This document shows, one piece after another, positions 26,171-38,563 of a stretch of 64,000 nucleotides of DNA; the stretch's first letter is position 1; each line of letters begins with the position of its first letter. The stretch lies in the NCBI GenBank assembly GCA_964016885.1, contig OZ024740.1, positions 323,082,001 through 323,146,000 on the forward strand, written 5' to 3'. The position numbers and the translations under genes are program-made. Source of the DNA: Eledone cirrhosa (Eukaryota). The notes below the pieces were generated by a model. The model was not told the DNA's origin, did not search any database, and saw nothing but the letters and a program-made list of their open reading frames with translations.

Positions 26171-27113
26171 CACACATATATTTATAACTTATATCTTATA
26201 TATCATACATTATATGTAATATAATTTACCTTACAACGTGCCAGTTTGACATAAAATGAATTATCAAACTCTATTCTACTTATAAAGGTCTGAATGGATC
26301 CATTTCTACAATTTTCCAAAGAAATAAGACATAGAACTCATTTCTATAATTTGCGAGCAATTCTAAACATAATAATACATTAAATTAAATGAGAAAACAA
26401 TATTTTAAAGAGAGAATATATTCCTAATCTCATGGTGGAGTCGTTAGAACGGTTTGCACTATTCTCTGAAATCTCAGGGTTCAAATGCCTCCGCAGTAAA
26501 CTTTAACTTTCATCCTTTCGAGGTCGATGAAAAAGTATCAGTTTAGTACTGGGTTGATTCTCTCTGTATATCTGTCTCATTTCATTTCTCTTTAACTATC
26601 TATCCGTCTATGGAAATGGGTTCCGCCATGTTTTAAAATGCCCTAGAAATGCCGTATGTTAATAAAGCGCCTCTACTCCGTGAGAGGTTACGGCATGCAA
26701 TCTTGTGGTGGTTTTTGACATACATTGGAACAATACCTCACACTAGGGGTAGATGTAACGACGTTTGTGTTTCAGTACAAGCTTAGAATTTCTTCTCCGT
26801 TGTCAGTTTTGTTAAATAAAGAGACTGGAGCAACAGAGCTATTAGAACTATTCCCGTTACAGAGCTTTCTGTTCCTGTTTTAGAGTATGCAAAAATAGAT
26901 TCATTCATACATCATATAGAACAATGTTTGCTCCTCTATCAAGTTCACCATGTTGACATCTTAAAGTAATTACATCCGTTTCATAAAATGTTGTATGATG
27001 TTAAATCTCTCTCTCTCTATCCCCCCTCTCTCTCTCTCTCTCTGTTTGTCTGGCTGACTCTGTCTCTATCTCTATCTCTCACCGTGTACATAACACACAC
27101 ACACACATATATA

Positions 27114-27205
<92 letters not shown>

Positions 27206-27224
27206 CATATATATACATATATAT

Positions 27225-27262
<38 letters not shown>

Positions 27263-27396
27263 GTATATGTATGTGGAACTATATCTGTCAATTGCCTTAA
27301 TTTGAACGCAAACAAATCTACACCAAACCGATGCTATCCGCGAACTCATGCAAACACAATCAATAAAGCTACCTTATATATATATATATATATATT

Positions 27397-27456
<60 letters not shown>

Positions 27457-27779
27457 TGTGTGTGTGTGTGTGTACAAAGATATATATGTAAAGCTAATCA
27501 TTTTGTTTGTTCCTGAAATGGCTCCATTATTGTTCACTTATTTCACGAGGCCTTAATCTGGAATTCTGGAATTAGGTGAAGAAATTTCTAATTTTCTTTT
27601 TCGGGTTGTTTGTGGTTGTATTTTTCCCTAAAACATATTATTTTGACATAATGTAGAGTAGAGATAGCGTTGTATTCTGTTTGAATAAACTGATAGAAAT
27701 AGATTTACACGTATCTTACATATATATGATTACTGAGACACGTGTGCGTTGATGGATAAATGGATATGCATACGAAAAT

Positions 27780-27848
<69 letters not shown>

Positions 27849-27922
27849 CATATATATACACACACACAACACACACATATATGTATGTGTGTGTGTATGT
27901 ATGTATATATGTGTGTATATAT

Positions 27923-27967
<45 letters not shown>

Positions 27968-29111
27968 TGCATACACATATATATATATATATATATATTG
28001 GCAAAGAACAAAACAAAAACAAGGAGTGCAGTTATATATATATACACAAATATATAGTATGTGTGCGTATGTATATGTAAAAGTAACTATGCGTAATTTT
28101 GTACATATGTGTGAAAGTGTGAAAATGTTTTTACCGCGACTTCAACGTTTACACGTCAAATTTCTTTCAAAATGGCCACCCGCAGCTGTAGATGGAGAAG
28201 AAAACGCTCGTCTACGAAAATAAGGTTGTAGAAGCGCTACCGACAAAACGGCAAGAATGAATAATGATGGTTCTGTTCCGCCTCATTTCACATTCACCTC
28301 TTTTACAATCTAGCCTGCCATTCATTTGGCATATCCTCTTTTTAATCATCCCTCACAGCTTCATTTGTCACGCAGCCAGTCCTTTATTCAAGACAAACAT
28401 GCAAACATACTTTTGCGTTCTTTCATTTTTCCCTCACAGTATTATTTTTTTTATTAGTTTATTGTGTCGGTATTAGAGAATAGCGTCCCTCAAAATCGTT
28501 TAAATATAAATTGCTCATTTTACAATTTATCATCCACACTATTCCAATCTATTCTAGCTATCTTCATTATTCTTCACTATCTATCTGTGTCTTATCTATT
28601 TTTATGTTTTATATATATCTTCAAATAGATTGATAGCGGTAAGTGTATGTATGTATGTATGTATGTATGTATGTATGTATGTATGTATGTATGTATGTAT
28701 GTATGTATGTATGTATGTATGTATGTATGTATGTGTGTGTGTGTCTATGTATGTATGCATGTATGTATATATATACACACACACACACATCTACATGTCA
28801 GTACATTTACAAAATGCATTGCATTTTTCACAGACACTGGGACAGGTACTTACTCACTTATAAAACACAAACAAGCAGAGAGAGAGAAGGAGAGAGAGAG
28901 AGAGGGTAATAGAGAGAGAGACGCATAAACACATACATGCACATACATAGGCACATATATATATATAATGATTTCACACATACACATTATATACATGTTA
29001 ATTGGGAAGATTTAGAAAATGGACGAAAGAAAATAGATATGGAGTCCGAACGAAATTGAATATTTTTTCTTTTACATATTCCCATGCTTCAACTTTCTCT
29101 CTCTCTCTTTT

Positions 29112-29149
<38 letters not shown>

Positions 29150-29151
<2 letters not shown>

Positions 29152-29364
29152 GGAACGATCGACTTTCGTCAAATCGGACCGAGGGAACAATGTTTCCGTT
29201 GGTCTTTCCAATTGCTAATACTATCTATCGGTCGCAACTCCAGGTAGAAGGAGCAACGTGAAATAAAGTGTCTTGCTCAAGGACATAACGCATCACCTGG
29301 TCCAGGAATCGAACTCACGACCTTACGATTGCGAATCCAATTCCCTAACTACTCAGCCACACGC

Positions 29365-29366
<2 letters not shown>
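29150..29366 (-). mobile_element. tRNA-derived SINE (second family)
   Basis: Reverse complement gtggctgagtagttag..gagttcgattcc..gtccttgagcaagacactttatttcac. Confidence 0.75.
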
Positions 29367-29411
<45 letters not shown>

Positions 29412-29456
29412 GTATATATATATAATATATTCCCATGTTTTATCTTTTTCTCTCTT

Positions 29457-29547
<91 letters not shown>

Positions 29548-29548
<1 letters not shown>

Positions 29549-29750
29549 GAAAAATACCTTAACGGTTCAAGTTTTTCCTGGAAAAACTTGAACGGTTAAG
29601 GTATTTTTCTTGGTCATGTCAATATTTATAAAACAAACTTCGTATTTTATCTGATGAGGGCGTACCAAAGTTTTGATACCCTTGTAATATATATAATAGA
29701 ATAAATATGGTTTTATAAATATAGTTTCCATTTATTTAATATCATCGAAT
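29548..29750 (+). mobile_element. Short hairpin plus pLTR-like unit with degenerate hammerhead at 29643-29703 (family C)
   Basis: Palindrome 29548-29610; tattttat CTGATGA gggcgtacca..taccctt GtAA tatata TA atagaata; second copy at 37720-37895. Confidence 0.7.
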
Positions 29751-29839
29751 ATTATACTCCAGAAAATCTGTCGAGTGCTCTGAATCAGTTATAAACATAT
29801 ATTTGTTGAGTTACCTACAAAGTGAATATCCCCTTTGCT

Positions 29840-29931
<92 letters not shown>

Positions 29932-29991
29932 CGGGTCCTCGATTTTCAGCCCCATGGATTTTATCTATTACATTCACGTATTATATTTCGA

Positions 29992-30050
29992 ATACCTGAT
30001 GATGTCACCGGATTCATACGGAACCCGGTCATTGAAATGATCAATAGTAT
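29992..30050 (+). ncRNA. Type I hammerhead candidate (family D)
   Basis: atac CTGATGA tgtcaccgg..ccggtcatt GAAA tgatcaa TA gtat. Confidence 0.7.
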
Positions 30051-30101
30051 AATAAACATTTCAAGGATTTACACAAATCCAGCCTCATGTCATTTCATTA
30101 T

Positions 30102-30290
30102 CGGTGGATTGGCAGTATCGGTAGAGGGTCGGACGCCATGCTTTCCAGCATAGTTACGTCCCTTTACGATCTGAGTTCAAATCCCGCCGAGGTTGACTTT
30201 GCCTTTCATCCTTACGGGGTCGATAAAATAAAGTACCAGTAATGCACTGGGTAATTGCTGGCCTTGTGCCTAAAGTAGAAACAATTATAT
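30102..30290 (+). mobile_element. tRNA-derived SINE (same family as 4729)
   Basis: Full head, core and tail motifs. Confidence 0.85.
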
Positions 30291-30326
<36 letters not shown>

Positions 30327-30504
30327 CATATACATATATGTATATATAATATATATATATAATTGTTTCTACATATATATAATAAATATATATATACGAG
30401 GAATACATTTATCTGCCAATTGATACATTTTATCAATCCATTTGTAGTTACACACACACACACACACACATACACACACAAACATACACACGCATATATA
30501 TATT

Positions 30505-30536
<32 letters not shown>

Positions 30537-30794
30537 TGTACATATATATGTATGTGTGTGTATGTGTGTGTGTGTGTGTATTCATCGACATTATTATCCT
30601 GTCCCAAATATATCTCTAACATTCGATTTCTTTATCCTTCGATTATATATGTCTTTTCCCAATTTACATCTATAAATCCATCATTTCTTCATCATCCATC
30701 TTACTATCTTTCTGTCGCCCTCTATTTCTCTCTTTCCTCACACACACACACACACACATACACACACATACACACACACATATATGTATATACA

Positions 30795-30863
<69 letters not shown>

Positions 30864-30911
30864 CATATATATATAATATATATATATATATAATATATAT
30901 ATATATGTATG

Positions 30912-31014
<103 letters not shown>

Positions 31015-31038
31015 ATATATACATATATGTATATATAC

Positions 31039-31154
<116 letters not shown>

Positions 31155-33958
31155 ATGTGTAGCTAGTTAACTATTCATTTTTCCTTACTATTCAGTCCAT
31201 CCAACCATTCATCCAACTACTCAACCATCCACCCAACCATCCATGCATCCATCCATCTATTCATCCATTTATCACTTTCTTTGCTCTCTTCCTCACCTCA
31301 TTCCCCTCTTACTCTCTATATGTCTTTATCTCTCTCTTCCTCTCACCGCAACTTATATTTTTTTAACTTAATTCCCACCATGTTGTGACATTATATTCCC
31401 TTTCATCCTTCCATTCAAAATACCTTCTTAGCCTAACTCCATCTTAGCTTTCAATCTCATACACCCCTTCTCTCTTCTTCCTTCTATATATCTCTCGCTC
31501 CCGCTCTCTCCTTCTCTCGCTATCACACACACATGCACACACACTCTCTCTCTCTGTCTCCCCCCTCTCTCTCTCTCTCGCTCCTATAATTCCATCATCT
31601 GACTCCGTGTTTATCTTATCCTTTCCTTCACCAGTCACCCGGATAACTGCTTTTCTAACTATATATAATTAATCAATATTATTATTATGGGATTTCAGGG
31701 ATGACAGAAATTTTAGTGGGAATTAAATTATGTCTCCTGGCTTTTCACCTCGTTATCTTTCGTCCATCTGATGTCGCTAAAGTTACAATTATATACACAC
31801 ACGCATATATCTTATATGCTGAGCAGGACATTCAAATCGAGTGTTTCTCTAGCTTGTGGGCATGTATGTAACACATTAGGTGAATTTATATTTGAGCGGT
31901 TTACTATTCTGGGATTATATCAAACTGCTGTCAAGTACTGGTGGTAGTGGTGGTGGTGGTGCTGCTGTTACATAGATGGTGAGGGTTGACTACTATACGG
32001 TTTTCTAAGATGGGTATTTTTCACCTTTGTACCTGTATATGAGGCTTTTATTAGGATGTTTCATACAATCCTAGTCTTCGCTGAACTATTTTTTCAGTAA
32101 AATTTGTCAGACCATCATAAAGATAGATATTGCTGGTGTGGCTCTTCCAAGTGATGTTTCGAACCATACGTTACATGTTGGAGTACATTCTGGCTGGCTG
32201 CTACTATGGCAACCAATGCCAGAATGGATAAACCTTTAGAGACAAACAACACACGTTATTGGTATACATCGAAAAGACACAAGTCTCAAATCTATCAGAA
32301 GTCAAACTATCAAAATATATTTTTTTAAAAATTGTTTTCGCTCTTACATAGCGGATACGTAAATGCATTCGTGATAGAATAATAATAAAATCATAATGAT
32401 ATTATAATGATATTAATAATATTCGATTCGTTCTCTGCTACCGCTGGAAAAAAATGATGACGATAGTCGTCTAGAATACATGGCGTTATGTGGCTGATGG
32501 CTTGCAAACGAATCGAATCTTAATAATATTACTATAATATTATTATTATTCATTCACGAATGCATTTGCATCAAAATAAGCTTATCCAGGAACCGTGTCA
32601 TGGACGCAGTTTTAGAGTAAAGGGTATCAAGGACCAACAAATTCGTGAAGTGAGAAGGAACTCTTCATTTCTGAAGACCTTCTGTAGTCCAGCTCGATTT
32701 AATGTATTTATTTTTACTACTGCGATGGCCACATGCTGCAACATGATTTCCTGTGCCGATCTCATCTCATGCCCCACCCCTTCATAACTAAATTGAAGAC
32801 ATTGATTGACCGGTTCAGTGTTGTACCGATTGCCATCAAGATCCCCGTTGAGCTCGGTTCCCCGGCTGTCATTTCCCCTCCAAAAATACAGAAGAGTGTT
32901 ACCCACTGAAGGAAGAAGCCTCAGGAGGTGGAATAGCTGATACAGTCCATATCAGTAGCCGTTAACATTATTGCTATTTTGTCAGCGATGTACAGTTGGG
33001 ATATACCGCCCAGCCGAGGGTGAAGAGATTGCGCTCTCAATTTTTCTCGCCTATTTCTCTCCTCAGGTTCTTTTGATCTCTTGCTGATTTAAAATACTTT
33101 CAATAAAATATGAAATTTTGGAGCAATAAATTCCTTTCACGTTTACTGCTGAATATGTGTGAAATGTTGAAATAATGTCAACCATATTCATGCTGAGGTT
33201 TACAAAATAATGGACGTAGAAGGAAGAGAAAAATGACACATTGAGCAAAATATGGAGGTTTTATTCCCCCAAAATATTTAGTTTTCGATAAATACTTGAA
33301 ATTGAATTAGAATAGCTGATGAAGTAATGGACATTCTCTGTGGTAATGTTTTAACATCATGTCCAGGCGGCGCATCTGAAAGATATTATTGTTGGATTAC
33401 GGTCGGTTTCGACTATGTATACACCAGTTCTTTTTTTTTTTTTTAGCTGTTGCAGAATATTCTACAGATATGTGTACTCACAACGCAATTCTCAGGGAGA
33501 TTCAGCATGACATATTGTATAACATGGTTGCCACTTTGAATTAAGGGTATTACACATTTTTTCCAGCCGAGTGAACTGGGGAAGCGTAAAATAAAGTGTC
33601 TTGCCCAAGGACACAACGCACCACCGGGAGATGTATACGTGATCTTATGATCGTGAGTTGCCCCCACCCCTAAAAAATCCTCTTACCTTAAAACCGCGCG
33701 TCTTCACTTGCTTTCTGTCACTTTCTTTCATACTTCTAATGCATTCAGTCATTAGATTGCAGCCATACTGGAGCAATGCCTTGATTTTTGTCGATCATAT
33801 CAACCCCAGTCCTCGTTCTGTCAGATCTGGCCCTTATTCAAGTGCTTTTGTGATGAATCGTTAGGTTATAAGATGTAAATATATGCAGACATGCAAAATT
33901 GATATGGATACACACATACACACATCACGCGCGCACCACACACACATACATGCACACA

Positions 33959-34004
<46 letters not shown>

Positions 34005-34037
34005 GTGCTCAAAGGAAAAGGAATCCTGAGCTCTTTA

Positions 34038-34540
34038 AAATACAATATGTTGAAAAGGTAACACACTAGAGAGAGAGACAGTGTGTATCAGTAAAACAGG
34101 GAAAACCACCAGTGTATGGAAAAACCACTCAAAGAAGTGTGCTCAACCAGTGGTTTTTGGGCTGCTCTTTCTAGAAGCTCGTCCCTCAGATACCACTGGT
34201 TCACTGCCCTAAACACGCTGTGGCAGCCCTCTGCCGCGTGTAGCTGGACGGTCGCTTTAGATTCTCTTAGAGTTGTCTGGAATATATAGTCTTGCACGCG
34301 CTGATGAACCATAGGCTATTCCATTTCAGTCAACAACTTCCTGGCGAAACATCTCTTTTGATTTGTACGCGTGTGTTATATAGTTATAGAGGTGCGTATA
34401 TACATTTAATTTATATTTTTAATTATTGTGTGTCTACCATGCCTTCCATAGGTTATAGACTCCATACACTGGTGATTTCCCAGTTTTATTGATGGCACAC
34501 TGTCTCTCTCTAGTGTGTTACCTTTTCAACATGTATTTTA
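34038..34540 (+). mobile_element. pLTR-like unit with ~80-bp inverted partial copy (family E)
   Basis: 34038-34121 is the reverse complement of 34462-34538; flanked by (TA)n; contains a hammerhead. Confidence 0.75.
34295..34373 (+). ncRNA. Type I hammerhead with long stems II and III
   Basis: cacgcg CTGATGA acca..cctggc GAAA catctcttttgatttg TA cgcgtg; perfect 6-bp stem I. Confidence 0.72.
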
Positions 34541-35250
34541 TATATATATACATATATATGCATCTCTCAGTATATATATATATATATATGTACGCCGAGC
34601 TTATGCGGTTTCTGTTGACCAAATTTGACTCACAGGACACTGGTCAAATCGAAGATATAGTAGAAGACACAAGACACGTGCCCAAGCTGAACCGCAGCGG
34701 AATTGAACCTAGAGGCACATGTTTGCAAAATAAACTCCTTAACCACACATCTATACAAAACACTTTTGTTGTACAAAAAAGCTTAAAATATCGTTTATTC
34801 TAAACACACTTTATATTGTTGTTTTCATACCTTATCATAATATATTTACTTTTTCAACATGCTATATGACATAGTATGTACCCAAGGAACCCTCTCATGG
34901 AAGCAGATGTAGTATTTAAAAAGAAATACATAGAAATACCCACAACATGTGTGAGTGTGGGAGATAAAAGCCTTGATATTTTAATGGTGTGTTTGTTGTG
35001 TAAGAATTATAACAATCAACCAGACTGCCGATGTTAAACATCAGAGAAACCGAGAATACATTCCCGCACAACTTAATTAATTTTAACCCTTTCGCGGTTG
35101 ATTTTATACCTATTGTTAAGTTTTGTTTTCATCTGCAAAGACAAAAGACATGAGCAGATCATCAACGGCTTCAATCAATTTATTTTTAAAGGTTCTCTAA
35201 GTTTCATTATATATACATATACATAGTTATACATACATATACATACATAC

Positions 35251-35291
<41 letters not shown>

Positions 35292-35438
35292 ACAATAGAG
35301 ATTGATACACATTTCTGCTATCTTATTTTATTGTTCATATGTGTCTATATACACATATATCATATAAAACACATAGAAACACACATATATATATATGTAT
35401 ACATATACATATATATACATATATATATATATGTATAC

Positions 35439-35569
<131 letters not shown>

Positions 35570-36121
35570 CATATATATATATATATGTGTGTATATAAGC
35601 GCCCACACAAGCATATGTATATGTATCTCTCTCTCTCTCTCTTTTTCCCCCCCTCTCTCTCTCTCTCTCTCTCTATTATGTTTACATATACATACAAAGG
35701 ACCATGAATATATATATATATATATATTCATGGTCCTTTGTATGAATATGTAAACATTCACTATTGTACTTTCATACGATGAATGGCGGCGTGTGGGGAT
35801 TTCATACATTCTCACATTTTCATACAATTTAAACATATATACATCCACATATAGACTCGTATACATGTGCACATAACCATGTAATTATATATATACATGT
35901 ATGTGTATATACCATTTAATTTCCCTTATGTCTCAGATAACTTATTTTCCTAATTAATTGTACCACAACACTAAAATTGCAGTCCTCGTTATTTTCGTTT
36001 GAGTGCACATCTCTCTCTATATAAACGTATGTACATATATATATGTATATGCATGTATGTATATATATATATATAATTGGATATGCATATATATGTATAT
36101 GCATGTATGTATATATATGTA

Positions 36122-36551
<430 letters not shown>

Positions 36552-36714
36552 GGATATATGAGAGGGATGAACACCGATACAAGTAAACATGTGTTCCAAT
36601 TGCAAATGACCAAGTTAGCTAGGTTGAAAAAATACTAATTTAAAACAATATGGTTTGCCGGACTCGATTTAAAGTAATAAATCAATAAAAATAACAACTC
36701 TATATCGGGTCTTT

Positions 36715-36793
36715 GATACCCGGACAGACCAAAATCTGTTTTGCAAGAATAAATAAGGGAAAGCCAGAATTCCTGTGCTCATCTGCGGGTATC
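36715..36793 (-). ncRNA. Degenerate type I hammerhead (family G)
   Basis: Reverse complement reads gatacccg CaGATGA gcacaggaat..attcttgc aAAA cagat-tttg-gtctg TC cgggtatc: 8-bp stem I, GUC triplet, two core substitutions. Confidence 0.68.
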
Positions 36794-37179
36794 CAGGAAA
36801 ATTCGTACCTTTCACTTCAAAGGACCTAAGAAGACTGAAAGATATGCTGATATAAACGCACATGTCGCAGCGCCTAGTGCGTCTCATATTCATGCCACTA
36901 AAAATAGCAGGTGGGTTTATGAGACTATATACACACACACACACATACACGCACACACACACACATATATATATATATGTATATATATATAATATATATA
37001 TATATAATGTATATGTATATTATAATATATGTATATATAAATGTGTGTGTGTGTATGTTTGTCGGCCTATATATATATAAACGTATTTGTCATATGTATA
37101 TAAGTATGTTTACCTGTGAATAGTATATATACGCGTAAGGAAATATATGTCTGTGTACGTGTAAAGCCATTCATTGATA

Positions 37180-37249
<70 letters not shown>

Positions 37250-37260
37250 TATATATATAT

Positions 37261-37632
37261 ATAGTGAAAGAATGAAGAGTAACATGGTTGGCTGTACAAC
37301 AAGGGACTTTATTTCAGGTATTGACAATTGTTTCATTGATCAGGTGAGTCTAGAGGTCGCTAATCGCTAGCTTAGCAACCTCTAGACTCACCTGATCAAT
37401 GAAGCAATTGTCAATACCTGAAATAAAGCCCCTTGTTGTACAGCCAACCATGTTACTCTTCATTCTTTCACTATTATTACTCCAAGTATAACCTACATAG
37501 GAATTACAGCGAACTCGCTGCCTAACTATGGATACATCTTGTTGAGTTAAACAAAACCGTACGTTAAAACTATCCACGACGCAGAGTACTCACAACCTCT
37601 AATTGGATTACCTATAACGATAATTTGCTACC

Positions 37633-37635
<3 letters not shown>
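37261..37635 (+). mobile_element. Palindromic pLTR-like unit (214-bp hairpin) with hammerhead 3' halves (family H)
   Basis: 37261-37474 is self-complementary; GAAA caattg TC (37323-37334 minus; GAAG variant at 37401-37412 plus); flanked by (TA)n. Confidence 0.75.
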
Positions 37636-37690
<55 letters not shown>

Positions 37691-37789
37691 TAGAGATATT
37701 TAATTTGTTGGATTATCCAGGGATAACTTGAACCGTTAAGGTGGTCATGTCAAATATTTGTTCATGTCAAATATTTATAAAACATTTTG

Positions 37790-37851
37790 TATTTTATCTG
37801 ATGATAGCGTACCAAAATTGTTGGTACCCTTGAAATATATATAATAGAATA
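37790..37851 (+). ncRNA. Type I hammerhead (family C)
   Basis: tattttat CTGATGA tagcgtaccaa..ttggtaccctt GAAA tatata TA atagaata. Confidence 0.72.
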
Positions 37852-37890
37852 AATATGGTTTTATAAATATAGTTTCCATTTATTTAATAT

Positions 37891-37958
<68 letters not shown>

Positions 37959-38531
37959 AAAATGTGTGAGATCCTTGGTACAGTTAGGTATATTTGAAAA
38001 AAAAAGTAAAAGAATGACTTTACTTGTAGTGTTAAATAATTTGATTTAATTTTATAATAATATAATATTATGAGTTGGTAGATCTAGTAAGTTCTTTGTT
38101 AACTTTGGTGGGAAGAATTTTAAAGATTCCTGGTTAACTTTTCTAGACCACTTTCTCGCATTCGTCTCTCTGTGGCGATTGTCAAACTGAGATCAGGTTG
38201 TGTTAAGATGTGTGACTATATATATAAGAGAGATTTGGATGTGTCTGGGTGTGGGGTGTGGTGTTAATGAGTGTTGGTGAAGATTTGAAGGAATTAAAGC
38301 ATACGCATACACACACATATACACGCACACACACAAACACATACACACACACATATATATATACACTCAGAAAATGGTGAGGTTGCAAGATAAGGGTGTT
38401 TGAGAAGGTGGTTGTAAACATCCCCTCCTGCTGGTTTTATTTCATTAGCTGACCTTTGATGAGTATATAATGGCATAGCTGAATCAACTCTCTTAAATTT
38501 ATAAAGGATATCTTCTACAAATTTCTATATC

Positions 38532-38533
<2 letters not shown>

Positions 38534-38563
<30 letters not shown>

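Noticed and set aside
32598-32906. 102-aa ORF as a host exon
   Set aside because: No recognisable domain, a non-ATG start and no convincing splice signals.
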